NCBI GenBank assembly: GCA_963822965.1
Contig: CAWGJT010000010.1
Location: 928,001-992,000, forward strand
Source of the DNA: an uncultured delta proteobacterium
GTDB taxonomy: Bacteria > Myxococcota_A > UBA9160 > UBA4427
Reading direction: 5' to 3'
DNA length: 64,000 nt
A program made the translations under genes and the position numbers. Positions 10,124 through 19,322 of the stretch are shown here, in pieces. A model generated the notes under the pieces. That model was not told the DNA's origin. It did not search any database and worked only from the letters and a program-made list of their open reading frames with translations. Numbering within the stretch: the first letter of the stretch is position 1; every line of letters begins with the position of its first letter.

Positions 10124-10518
10124 TGGCCGCCGAACCTACCGTGCTCATCTACCAGCAGATCGAATGGGACGACGTCCTGCGTAGCGCCCGGCCGGGAACC
10201 GCGCCGCCTCGCGAGCTCGTCGCCCAGGCGAAGAAGACTGGCGCGCGGCGCAAGAAGCTCGCGCGCGGGGAAGGGGGCTTCTTCATGAACCGCTCGGTCC
10301 TGCCGGCCGGGTTCCGGGTGCCGCCGCATCGCCACAGCCACGACGAGCTGATGATCGTGCTTTCGGGCGGCTGTGAGTTCGACGGCGAGGTCGCGACGCT
10401 CGGGGCGGACGACTCGATCGTGATCCACGCGGGCTACCGCTACGGGTTCACCTGCGGACCAAAGGGAATGGAGTTTCTCACCATCCGTCGTGGTGAGGCT
10501 GCCATGTCGGTCGAGTGA
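10123..10518 (+). CDS. Cupin domain protein
   Basis: RBS GGAGG, TGATG coupling; PPHRHSHDELMIVLSGG, YGFTCGPKG. Confidence 0.8.
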   Translation: MAAEPTVLIYQQIEWDDVLRSARPGTAPPRELVAQAKKTGARRKKLARGEGGFFMNRSVLPAGFRVPPHRHSHDELMIVLSGGCEFDGEVATLGADDSIVIHAGYRYGFTCGPKGMEFLTIRRGEAAMSVE

Positions 10519-11321
10519 TCGATTGCCATACGCACGTCGTCGCTCCCGACGAGCAGCGGTACCCGCTGAACCCCCGCAACCTCTCGGGCAAGTGGTATCT
10601 CGAGGCGCCCCACAGCGCGGAAGAGCTGGCCGCGTGCATGGACGAGGCCGGCGTCGAGAAGGCCGTGCTCGTCCAGGCCGTCGGGGCCTACACCTACGAC
10701 AACGCGTACGCCGCCGACTCGGCCGCGGCGAGCCGCGGCCGGTTTACCAGCGCCTGCTGCATCGACGCCGTGGCCGAAGACGCGGTGGGAACGCTCCGCT
10801 ACTGGGCGGCGGAGCGAGGCATGCACGGCGTGCGACTCTTCGCGCTCGCGCGCGAGGGGGTGTCATGGCTCGCAGATCCGAGCACGTTTCCGCTCTGGGA
10901 GGAGGCCGACCACCTCGGCATCCACGTGATCGTCACGATCTTCGGGAGTCAGCTCGAAGAGCTGCGACGTGTGCTGCGACACTTCCCGCACGTACGGGTC
11001 TCGTTGGACCACTGTGGCTTTCCCAACGTCGGCGACCCCGCGCCGCTCTTCGAGCTCGCGTGCGAATCGAACCTGCTCTGCAAGGTGTCGTCGGTGGTGC
11101 TCGAGTCGGCGGGCTCCGAGGCGCAGCGCTTCGTGACCGCACTCGTCGGTCGCTTCGGCTCGAGCCGCGTGATGTGGGGCTCCGACTTCTGCCAGACCCA
11201 CGATCGCCCGTACAGCGGGCTCGTCGCGCTCGCGCAACAGAGCTTTTCGGGGCTGTCGAGCTCCGAGCGAGAGCGGTGTTTCGTTACGACGCCGCGCTCC
11301 GTCTGGCCGAGTCTGGCATGA
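10515..11321 (+). CDS. Amidohydrolase_2 family protein (lactonase-like)
   Basis: IDCHTHV, AVLVQA, LDHCGFP, MWGSDF. Confidence 0.85.
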   Translation: MIDCHTHVVAPDEQRYPLNPRNLSGKWYLEAPHSAEELAACMDEAGVEKAVLVQAVGAYTYDNAYAADSAAASRGRFTSACCIDAVAEDAVGTLRYWAAERGMHGVRLFALAREGVSWLADPSTFPLWEEADHLGIHVIVTIFGSQLEELRRVLRHFPHVRVSLDHCGFPNVGDPAPLFELACESNLLCKVSSVVLESAGSEAQRFVTALVGRFGSSRVMWGSDFCQTHDRPYSGLVALAQQSFSGLSSSERERCFVTTPRSVWPSLA

Positions 11322-11364
11322 CGTCGATGCGCACGTCGGGCTTTGGAGAGGGGAGGGCACAGGT

Positions 11365-11575
11365 GTGACGCGAGGCTTCGACGTCCTGGACGTGCATCAC
11401 CACGTGGGCAACGCCTTCCGCGCGCTCGGCGGTGACGTGGACCAGGGGGGAGGGCTCACGGCCGCAGACTACCAGCGCCTCGAGGTCGAGTCCCGGCTGG
11501 AGATCATGGATCGAGGCGGTGTGCAGCAGGCCGTGGTGATCCCCGGACACGGCTACGAGCGATCGAACGGGATCC
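11365..11575 (+). pseudogene. Truncated amidohydrolase (N-terminal ~70 aa only)
   Basis: DVLDVHHHVG...RLEIMDRGGVQQAVVIPGHGYER, then an abrupt switch to non-coding-like sequence at ~11575. Confidence 0.7.
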
Positions 11576-11635
11576 TCTCGTTGGGGGTTGTCGTTGTCCC
11601 AACTCGAGGATGTCCAACGGGGCCGGGAGGCACCA
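11569..11635 (-). mobile_element. Possible IS3-family left-end remnant
   Basis: Minus strand reads TGGTGCCTCCCGGCCCCGTTGGACA, then a hairpin, then GAGAGGA. This resembles an IS3 terminal IR plus transposase RBS, and it sits at the pseudogene breakpoint. No transposase present. Confidence 0.35.
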
Positions 11636-11729
11636 ACCTTCGTGTTCTCGGGGATCTACGTCGTCGCTCGCAGACGCCATCCCCTTATGATGCTTATCCT
11701 CCCCGGCGGCAAGGGCTGACGGGTAGGGC

Positions 11730-12209
11730 ATGGCCGACGAAGTCGTCCACGAAGAGACGCTCGACCTTCGCGTGCCGGCCGCGACGGTGCGGCGGTTCAT
11801 CATGACGCCCGAACGCATCGCTGACTACTACCCGGGTGTCCGTGACTGCGGCGTGCTCGAGGCCGGCCGGATCTTCTACTGCCGGGGCGGCGCGGGCACC
11901 TCACTCTTCGAGGTCCTCCAGGATGAGCCCGGCTTCGTCAAGCTGCGCGTCTGGACCGCGATGCGCGCGAAGCCACCCTTCAGCGCCGAAGCGCTCGAGC
12001 GCGACGCCTTCTTCGTCATGGACGAGGACTGGAAGATCGAAGCCACCGGTGAAGCCGAGACGCGCCTCACGAAGACGTGGCGCAACCTGCACAAGCGCAA
12101 GCTCCGCTGGCTTCCAATGGCGATGATCGTGCGGCGCTCGATCCCCGAGGAGGCGAGGAAGATGGTGGCTCTGTGGGAAGTGGAGGCGCGAGGGGAGGGT
12201 GGCGCCTGA
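11730..12209 (+). CDS. SRPBCC-like hypothetical protein
   Basis: 159-aa ORF with an SRPBCC-like N-terminus (VPAATVRRFIMTPERIADYYPGV). Confidence 0.55.
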   Translation: MADEVVHEETLDLRVPAATVRRFIMTPERIADYYPGVRDCGVLEAGRIFYCRGGAGTSLFEVLQDEPGFVKLRVWTAMRAKPPFSAEALERDAFFVMDEDWKIEATGEAETRLTKTWRNLHKRKLRWLPMAMIVRRSIPEEARKMVALWEVEARGEGGA

Positions 12210-12241
12210 CCCCTGAGCGCGCGGCTCGAGGAGGCCGATGG

Positions 12242-12292
12242 GGCATGCCGGGAGGAGTTCGAGCCCCCGACCCTCGGTTCGCAGCCCGATGC
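12242..12292 (-). repeat. Degenerate tRNA-Arg 3' fragment, copy 1 (att-like)
   Basis: 46/52 identical to 19777-19828, same orientation. Minus strand retains anticodon arm, GGGTC variable loop, T-arm and acceptor-stem remnants. Confidence 0.75.
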
Positions 12293-12349
12293 CGCTTGCG
12301 CGGTCCGGCTCGAGCCCCACGATTCGGGCCGTCGCCAGACAGAGCCTCG

Positions 12350-13138
12350 TCAGCTTTCGGTGTCCATGATCGTGCCGAAGGGCGCGCCCCAGTCGTGCGG
12401 CAGGTCTATGAGCAGTCCGGCCTCGTCGCAGCGCTCCGCCGCGCGCAATGCCTCCAGCAACACGTTGCGCTGTGTCACAGCATCGCCGGGCCGGCCGAAA
12501 GGATTGCCCATTGGGAAGTTCACGAAGACGGATCGGGGCGGCCGGACTTGCGCCGTCAGATCCCGACCGGTCGACACGAGGACAGTGGGAATTCCAGCCT
12601 CCTCTACGACGCGCGCGACCAGACCCACGGTCTGGTGGTCGAGAGGTCAGGCTGGGACGAGGAGAAAGAGATCCACCTCGTCGTTGGCCAGCTCCCTCGC
12701 GAGGGCTGGCGCGTGCTCTTCGATCACCGCCCGCCGCTTGTAGATGCGCCCCATGAAGCCGCTCCACAGGCGACGCGCGACGGCTCCAATGATCCCCTCG
12801 GCCGCGAGCTCACGTAGCCGGTCGATCGGAAATACGCAGTTGAGATCGCGGTCAGCGTCACTGTGATCGTAGTAGGCGTCGTGGATCTGGAAGGCATCAC
12901 TCTGCGCCTCCGCTTCGACGGCATCGAGACGAAAGTCGTTGCGTGCGTGAGGGTTCCAGGCCGGCGCCGAGCAGGCGGAAACACCTCCCGAGGTGAGCAT
13001 CGAGACCCGGCACTCCGACAGCGGCTTGTCGAGGCGGCACAGCGGTGCGTCTTCGTTGATCGTCCAGCTGTAGGGCGGAAAGCCCTGGCTCTCGTAGTGC
13101 GTCTTCAATCGGTCGACGTAGCGGATCGGTTCGGACAT
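12350..13138 (-). CDS. GrdB/PrdB-like reductase selenoprotein B family protein (262 aa, Sec164 at TGA 12647-12649)
   Basis: RBS AAGGAGAG then ATG 13138; KPLSECRVSMLTSGG, DRDLNCVFPIDRLREL. Read-through gives LLVPA-U-PLDHQTVGLVARVVEEAGIPTV...FPMGNPFG, joining two in-frame ORFs. SECIS-like hairpin follows. Confidence 0.88.
12618..12636 (-). promoter_or_regulatory. Putative bacterial SECIS hairpin of the GrdB-like gene
   Basis: Minus strand ACCAGACC-GTG-GGTCTGGT: perfect 8-bp stem with a 10-nt spacer after the TGA; loop starts with GU. Confidence 0.72.
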
Positions 13139-13348
13139 GGTCTCTCCTTGGCTTGCCCATCCCGTGGTCACCAGGCACTGCGGCCGCAGGCCGGTGCCGG
13201 CACCGGCTCCATCTCCAAGCGCCAGCGAAAGATCGTCTCCTCGGCCTCGACACAATCAGTCTATCGCGCCTTCGCGGTCCCATGCCAGGGAACCGACCGA
13301 CGGAAATCGTGTACGATCGATGCCGCACCCCATTCAAGGAGAGCCGCT

Positions 13349-13699
13349 TTGCCGACTTCGTTCATCGAGCTGATCGAAGCGCACAAGAAGACTGTCTCCA
13401 CATGCAGCATCGAGGAAGCGGCGGGCCGAATCGCCGCCGCGGCCGATCTCGTGATCATCGACGTCCGCGAGCCAGCCGAGTTCCAGGGCGCATCGGTTCC
13501 GTCCGCCATCAATATTCCACGGGGCTTTCTGGAGTTCAAGATCGCCGAGGTCTGCACGGCTGCGGATCATCCCATCCTGATTCACTGCAAGAGCGGAGGC
13601 AGAGCCGTCCTCGCCGCGAAGACGTTGGCGGACATGGGATACTCGAATGTCGAGGTCGTCGATGGGCTCCTCGAGGAGCTGCTCGCAGCAATCGGTTGA
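13349..13699 (+). CDS. Single-domain rhodanese (sulfurtransferase)
   Basis: RBS AAGGAGAG then TTG 13349; IIDVREPAEF, active-site HCKSGGR. Confidence 0.85.
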   Translation: MPTSFIELIEAHKKTVSTCSIEEAAGRIAAAADLVIIDVREPAEFQGASVPSAINIPRGFLEFKIAEVCTAADHPILIHCKSGGRAVLAAKTLADMGYSNVEVVDGLLEELLAAIG

Positions 13700-13809
13700 C
13701 CTGCTGAGGAAGGCCGTCGACAGAGTATCGAGCCCGCGATCCGTTCGGGGCCCGGATGGCTTGTCCAAACCGCCGATCGGGGCGATGGGCTGCGCTTGGA
13801 GGAGAGGCA

Positions 13810-14703
13810 TTGCCGTACGCGTCGGGATTTCGTCCCGGACTCTTTGCGGATCGGGTCGTCCTGGTTGCAGGCGGAGGTGGCGGGCTCGGCCGCTGTATCG
13901 CGCACGAGCTCGCGTCTCTCGGAGCGAGGCTCGTGCTTGCCGGTCGCTCGCTCGACAAGCTGGAGCGCACGCGCGACGAGATCACCGAGGATGGTGGACA
14001 GGTCGTGAGCTGCCTGACTGCGGAGCTTCGCGACGAGCAAGCCGTGGTCGATCTGGTGGCCGCCGCGATCGAGTCCAGTGGTCCGTTGGACGGGTTGGTG
14101 GGCGCTGCTGGCGGACAGTTCCCCAAGCGCCTGGAGGACCTCAGCCTCAATGGCTGGAATGCGGTCATTGAGAACAACATGACGAGCTACTTCCTCTTGT
14201 CTCGGGAGGTCTATCGACAGAGCATGGCCGAGCATGGCGGCGCCATCGTTCACATCGGCGCGGACTACAGGCGCGGCATGCCCGGAATGGGGCACAACGG
14301 CGCGGCCCGCGCGGGTCTCGCCAACCTCGTCATGACGTCTGCCAGCGAGTGGGCTCACGCGGGCGTGAGGGTCAACTCCGTCATCCCGGGGTTCATCGAT
14401 ACCACGGGCCTCGATCGCTATCCCGAGGCCGCCTGGGAGGGCCTGCGAAGGATCTCCAGCAGGGTCCCGCTGAAGCGCCACGGTACCGCCGCAGAGGTTT
14501 CCGCCGCGGTCGTCTTCCTGCTGAGCGACATGGCGGCCTACATCACCGGCGCCGAGCTCTTCGTCGATGGCGGCGTCGGCAACGGCTCGAGCTCCTTCCT
14601 GTTCGATGCACCCGCAGCGAAGAACCAGAGCTCGTGGAATGCCTTCCACCGCAGCGAGCGCGCCCGCCTCTTGAGCGAGTCGACGGGCGAGGAGACGGAT
14701 TGA
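13810..14703 (+). CDS. SDR oxidoreductase (AtuB / trans-2-enoyl-CoA reductase-like)
   Basis: TTG 13810; GGGGGLG, AGGQFP, GMGHNGAARAG, YITGAELFVDGG. Confidence 0.85.
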   Translation: MPYASGFRPGLFADRVVLVAGGGGGLGRCIAHELASLGARLVLAGRSLDKLERTRDEITEDGGQVVSCLTAELRDEQAVVDLVAAAIESSGPLDGLVGAAGGQFPKRLEDLSLNGWNAVIENNMTSYFLLSREVYRQSMAEHGGAIVHIGADYRRGMPGMGHNGAARAGLANLVMTSASEWAHAGVRVNSVIPGFIDTTGLDRYPEAAWEGLRRISSRVPLKRHGTAAEVSAAVVFLLSDMAAYITGAELFVDGGVGNGSSSFLFDAPAAKNQSSWNAFHRSERARLLSESTGEETD

Positions 14704-15722
14704 TGGGAGGCGCGAACTCGGCAGGGGGTCGCCCGACGACGGTACGTCTCCAGAAGGTCGCCCGAGCGTTCATCGAGAGCGCCGCCCTGAAGGCCGCGAT
14801 CGAGCTGGATCTCTTCACCGCAGTCGCGGCCGGGTACGACACGCCAGCGGGCTTCGCTCGCCATACGGGGATCAGCGAGCTGAATGCCGACCGGCTGATG
14901 ACGATGTGCAGCGCCACCGGGCTGCTGACCTGGCATCACGGGCGCTATCGGAACGCCGACGACGTGAGCCGATTCCTCGTGAAAGGAGAGCCCCGCTACT
15001 CCGCGGCGTGGCTGGGTTTCACCAGCCGGGACTGGAACCGCTGGGGAGAGCTCGCAGACCAACTGAGGAACGACTCGCCCGCGCGACCTCTCGGCGACTA
15101 CGAAGCCATGACCGTCGACCAGGCCCGCCGGTACCACGAAGCCACGAGCAGCATCGGCTTCGGCGCCGGGCGTCGCTTCGCGCGAGAAGTCGACCTCACC
15201 GGGCGGAAGAAGATGATGGATCTGGGTGGCGGGTCGGGGGCCTACTCGATCGTGGCCGTGCAGCAATTTGCCGGGCTCTCCGCGGTGGTGTTCGATCTTC
15301 CTCCGGTTGCGGTCGTGTGTCGGGAGTACATCCGGAAGCATGGCGTCGCGGACAGGGTGAGCGCGCAGCCCGGCGACTTCACCCAGGACCCGCTGCCCGA
15401 GGATTGCGACGTGGCCGTGATGGCGAGCAATCTGCCTCAGTACGGGCGTGACGTCATCCAACGCGTGGTTTCGCGGACCCACGCCGCGCTCCGACCGCGT
15501 GGTGAGATGCACCTGATCGGCGAGATGCTCGACGACGATCGCGCGGGTCCGGTCGACGCTGCGATGTGGGGACTGTTCGAAACGCTCTCCAACAGCACGG
15601 GAATCGCCCACACGCGCAGCGACTGCATCGGCTACTTCGTCGAAGCCGGCTTTGACGAGGTGGAGGCCCACGAGTTCATCCCGGGCATCCTCGTCCGAGT
15701 CAGCGGGCGCAAGCGCGGATAG
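14703..15722 (+). CDS. Class II O-methyltransferase (dimerisation + Methyltransf_2)
   Basis: TGATG coupling; AAIELDLF, MDLGGGSG, VFDLP, GDFTQD. Confidence 0.85.
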   Translation: MGGANSAGGRPTTVRLQKVARAFIESAALKAAIELDLFTAVAAGYDTPAGFARHTGISELNADRLMTMCSATGLLTWHHGRYRNADDVSRFLVKGEPRYSAAWLGFTSRDWNRWGELADQLRNDSPARPLGDYEAMTVDQARRYHEATSSIGFGAGRRFAREVDLTGRKKMMDLGGGSGAYSIVAVQQFAGLSAVVFDLPPVAVVCREYIRKHGVADRVSAQPGDFTQDPLPEDCDVAVMASNLPQYGRDVIQRVVSRTHAALRPRGEMHLIGEMLDDDRAGPVDAAMWGLFETLSNSTGIAHTRSDCIGYFVEAGFDEVEAHEFIPGILVRVSGRKRG

Positions 15723-15781
15723 CGGCCGGGTCGGTCTACCGTCGCTCTGGCTGCGCGGTACACGCGCCCGAGCTCCCTGCG

Positions 15782-16393
15782 TCAGACCTTCGCCGCGACA
15801 CCCCGGTACAGGGATGCCAGGACCTTCGGGCCGTCGCCGAGGAAGCGGTCCATCGAGCTGAGTTCGAAGCCTCCGTCTTGCACGATCTCGTCGATGCGGC
15901 GGTTGATGTTGCACTCGCCCGTGAGCGCAAGCCACAGCGGGTTCAGTCGATCCTGCCAGCGCGCGGTGCCCTCGTCCTGGCTGCGCCCGTGGTCGACGAA
16001 GACGTACTTCCCACCCGGCTTCAGCACGCGACGCATCTCGTCGAGGGCAGCCCTTGCGTCGGGAATCGAGCACAGCGTCCATGTGGTCAGCACGGTGTCG
16101 AAGCGGCCAGAATCGAAGGGGAGCTCGCCGTCGGCACGCAGCTCGGCCCGCTCGACCGGGAACGGAGCGGCGGCAATCCGGGCGTCCACTGCCCGCACAC
16201 CCTCGGTCACCATCGGATCGAGGCCCGTCACCGTCTTCACATCAGGACCGTAGTAGCGCAGATTGAGGGCGGTCCCGAAGCCCACCTCGAGGACCTCTCC
16301 GCTCGCGAGCCCGACCGTGTCGGGTCGCAGGTCGTTCATCCCGCGCATCAGCAGGTCTTGCAATCGTGGCTTGAGCCAGCTCCTGAGTCCCAC
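15782..16393 (-). CDS. Class I SAM-dependent methyltransferase (METTL7-like)
   Basis: VLEVGFGT, FDTVLTTWTLCSIPD, RRVLKPGG; probable GTG start at 16393. Confidence 0.85.
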   Translation of the reverse strand: MGLRSWLKPRLQDLLMRGMNDLRPDTVGLASGEVLEVGFGTALNLRYYGPDVKTVTGLDPMVTEGVRAVDARIAAAPFPVERAELRADGELPFDSGRFDTVLTTWTLCSIPDARAALDEMRRVLKPGGKYVFVDHGRSQDEGTARWQDRLNPLWLALTGECNINRRIDEIVQDGGFELSSMDRFLGDGPKVLASLYRGVAAKV

Positions 16394-16594
16394 CCGTTCC
16401 GTCCCCTCGCGTCGTTCGAGTGCGATTGTGTACGGCGGCGCTGCAAAAGGCAACGCGGCTCTCGCGGCGGGTTGATACGTCCCGTGCGAGTGTCGAAGTG
16501 AATGTGCAATACTGCGCTGGTCGAAACGGATACAGAACCGTGACCTTGCGCGTTCCTTCGCGCCATCTCGGGAACAGTCGGGAAGTGGACCAAA

Positions 16595-17353
16595 ATGGAC
16601 CTCGAAACCGTCGAGTACGAGAAGAAGGGCGCGATCGCCTACGTCACGCTCAACCGCCCCGACAAGCTGAACGCGATGAACACTCGGATGCACGAAGAGC
16701 TCGGTGCCGTCTGGGAAGACTTCAGCGAAGATGTAGATCTGCGTGTGGCCATCCTGTCGGGAAACGGGAAGTGCTTCAGCGCGGGCGCAGACCTGACCGA
16801 GCGCACGCCGGGCAGGTACAAGTACACGGGCGACTTCCCCGACATCAGCCAGACCCGAAACGTGTTCAAGCCGATCATCGCCGCATTGCATGGTCATGTC
16901 GTCGGCTACGGCATGTGGATCTCGCTCGACGCCGACATTCGGATCGCGGCGGACGACACCTCGTTCTGGCTCCCCGAACCACAATGGGGGATCGCCACGA
17001 TCCCGGCCGCCTGGTTCCCGAGAATCATGCCCTGGGCAATCGCCTCCGAGCTGCTGCTGATGGCCGAGCGCGTCGATGCAGCGCGCGCGTATCAGGTCGG
17101 ACTCGTGAACAAGGTCGTGGGCCGCGACGAGCTCATGGCCGCGGCCGAGAAGGCAGCGCAACGGATCTGCGAGCTGAGTCCGGTCGCCGTCCAGGGGATG
17201 AAGGAGTCGATGGTCCGCGGCACGACACTCGACTACAACGCCGTCGATCAGATCACGGATTGGGTCCAGACCCGTGTCATGAACTCGGAAGACCGGAGAG
17301 AAGGCGCAAAGGCCTTCGCCAGGCGAAGCAAGGTCGATTGGCCGGGGCGCTAG
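16595..17353 (+). CDS. Enoyl-CoA hydratase/isomerase family protein
   Basis: TLNRPDKLNA, FSAGADL, KPIIAALHG, EDRREGAKAF. Confidence 0.9.
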   Translation: MDLETVEYEKKGAIAYVTLNRPDKLNAMNTRMHEELGAVWEDFSEDVDLRVAILSGNGKCFSAGADLTERTPGRYKYTGDFPDISQTRNVFKPIIAALHGHVVGYGMWISLDADIRIAADDTSFWLPEPQWGIATIPAAWFPRIMPWAIASELLLMAERVDAARAYQVGLVNKVVGRDELMAAAEKAAQRICELSPVAVQGMKESMVRGTTLDYNAVDQITDWVQTRVMNSEDRREGAKAFARRSKVDWPGR

Positions 17354-17358
17354 ACTAG

Positions 17359-18231
17359 GGGCTCACCGCCGTCCGAGGCGATCCGGCCGGCGCCGAGATC
17401 CTCCTCTTCTCGGTCGACCTGAGCCTCTTCCGCGAGGGCATGCTGGCCGCCGCGAAGGTTCTCGGCGATCCAGCGCTTCGCTGGGTCCAGAGCCCGGGCG
17501 CCGGGCTCGATCATCCGATCTGGTCCGGGCTGCTCGGCCGCGGCGTCCGCGTCTCGAGCGCGGCCGGGATCCACGCCGAGCCCATCGCCCAGCACGTCTT
17601 CACCTACATCCTCCACTGGGAGCGAAACGTCGCGCGTCACCAGGCACAGCAGGCATCGCGGACCTGGGAGATCATCGTCTCGGGCGACCTGACGCAGAAG
17701 ACCCTCGGCATCGTCGGATTGGGCGGCATCGGCAGCGCGGCGGCGCGGGTGGCGAAGGCGTTCGGCATGCGCGTCGTCGCGACCCGTCGCAGCGCCGTGC
17801 CCGACCCGAATGTCGACCTCCTCCTGCCACCCGATCGGCTCCACGAGCTGCTCGGTGAAGCGCACTACGTCGTTCTCTGCCTGCCTCTGAATCCCGAGAC
17901 GCGTCATGCGGTCGGAGCTCGGGAGCTCCTGGCGATGCGCGAGGACGCCGTGCTGATCAACGTCGCACGAGGCGGTGTGGTGGACGAGCCGGCGTTGATC
18001 GATGCGCTCCGCGAGCATCGGATCAAGGGCGCGGCCCTCGACGTCGTCGCGGAGGAGCCGCTGCCCGCGGGCTCGCCGCTCTGGTCGCTCGAGAATTGCG
18101 TGCTCACGCCCCACGACGCAGGCTACTCGCCGCGAGCCGGTGAGCGTCTCGCGGCGCTCTTCCTCGAGAACCTCGAGCGCTTCGTGGGAGGAGAACGCCT
18201 GCGAAACGAGGTCACCGAAGCGACGATCTGA
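17359..18231 (+). CDS. D-2-hydroxyacid dehydrogenase, apparently 5'-truncated
   Basis: GIVGLGGIG, INVARG, AALDV..EP, LTPH. The coding frame extends upstream of ATG 17440 to a stop at 17356-17358 with no start codon. Confidence 0.7.
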   Translation, partial: GLTAVRGDPAGAEILLFSVDLSLFREGMLAAAKVLGDPALRWVQSPGAGLDHPIWSGLLGRGVRVSSAAGIHAEPIAQHVFTYILHWERNVARHQAQQASRTWEIIVSGDLTQKTLGIVGLGGIGSAAARVAKAFGMRVVATRRSAVPDPNVDLLLPPDRLHELLGEAHYVVLCLPLNPETRHAVGARELLAMREDAVLINVARGGVVDEPALIDALREHRIKGAALDVVAEEPLPAGSPLWSLENCVLTPHDAGYSPRAGERLAALFLENLERFVGGERLRNEVTEATI

Positions 18232-18421
18232 GCCCGAGCGCCCGGCGCGCCTCGCGGCGCCCGCGGCGAATCACGCTTGGCGGTCGAATTCCCCGCCGCG
18301 ACGGACGCGGTAAGCGGACCGCGAAACGCTATCCTCGCGAACGGTCATTCGGCAATCGGGGCACAGCCTGTTCGAAGCCGACCGGGGCCCCATTCGCGCG
18401 CGAGCACCCAGGAGCACCGCT

Positions 18422-19315
18422 GTGGCGAGCAAGCAACACGACGCCCTCATGGCGGCGATTCCCGGTCAGAACGTCGACGCGAGCGACCCCGTCGACGTCG
18501 TTCGCGAGAAGATGCATGCGATCCACCCGAACGCCGCGCCACCCGGTACGATCGTCGAACCCGACTCGCTCGATGGCCTCGACGCGAAGTGGATCTATAC
18601 GCCGGAAAACGCCGACTCGGACCGCATCGTCCTCCACGTCCATGGCGGCGCCTTCGTCTCGACCGTGGTCGACCACTACCTGATGTACGGCGAGTTCCTT
18701 TCGCGCAAGATCGGCGCGAAGGTCGTCTGCTTCCAATGGACCTGGGCCGACGAAGCGCCCTACCCGCGGGCAATGGACGACACGGTGCGCGCCTTCCGCG
18801 CACTCGTCGACCGAGGCATCGCCCCCGATCGCGTGGCCCTCATTGGCGACTCCTGCGGCGGCGGGCTCGCACTCTCCGCGATGTGCGCCTTGCGCGCTGC
18901 CGGCGGCCCCCTGCCAGCGTGCATGGTCGGCCTCACGCCGTGGCTCGACGCGGAGCAGACCGGCGATGCCGCGATGAATCCGCGCGGCCGCGACCCCTTC
19001 GTCGAGGCGGAGTGGATCCGCGCCCGCTTTCGCGACTACGCCGGCCCGACGGGCGACCTGAAGGATCCGGGCATCTCGCCCTTCCGCGCTTCGCTCGCCG
19101 GCCTGCCCCCGATGTACCTGTCGGTCGGCGAGATCGACACGACCAGCGACGACTCGACGCGACTCGCCGAGCGCGCCCGCCGCGAAGGCGCGAGTCTGAT
19201 CGTCGACGTCGCGGCCGAGATGGTCCACGGCTACATCGGGCTCTGCGACGCCTTTCCCGAAGCGACCGAGGCCATGGAGCGCATCGCGCTCTTCGTGAAC
19301 CAGCGGATTCCGTAG
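18422..19315 (+). CDS. Alpha/beta hydrolase (HSL-family esterase)
   Basis: HGGAF oxyanion motif, GDSCGG nucleophile, C-terminal HG. Confidence 0.9.
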   Translation: MASKQHDALMAAIPGQNVDASDPVDVVREKMHAIHPNAAPPGTIVEPDSLDGLDAKWIYTPENADSDRIVLHVHGGAFVSTVVDHYLMYGEFLSRKIGAKVVCFQWTWADEAPYPRAMDDTVRAFRALVDRGIAPDRVALIGDSCGGGLALSAMCALRAAGGPLPACMVGLTPWLDAEQTGDAAMNPRGRDPFVEAEWIRARFRDYAGPTGDLKDPGISPFRASLAGLPPMYLSVGEIDTTSDDSTRLAERARREGASLIVDVAAEMVHGYIGLCDAFPEATEAMERIALFVNQRIP

Positions 19316-19322
19316 AGCCCTG

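Noticed and set aside
13697..13699. Sec read-through at the rhodanese TGA and other TGA stops
   Set aside because: The domains are essentially complete, and I saw no redox motif or comparable hairpin.
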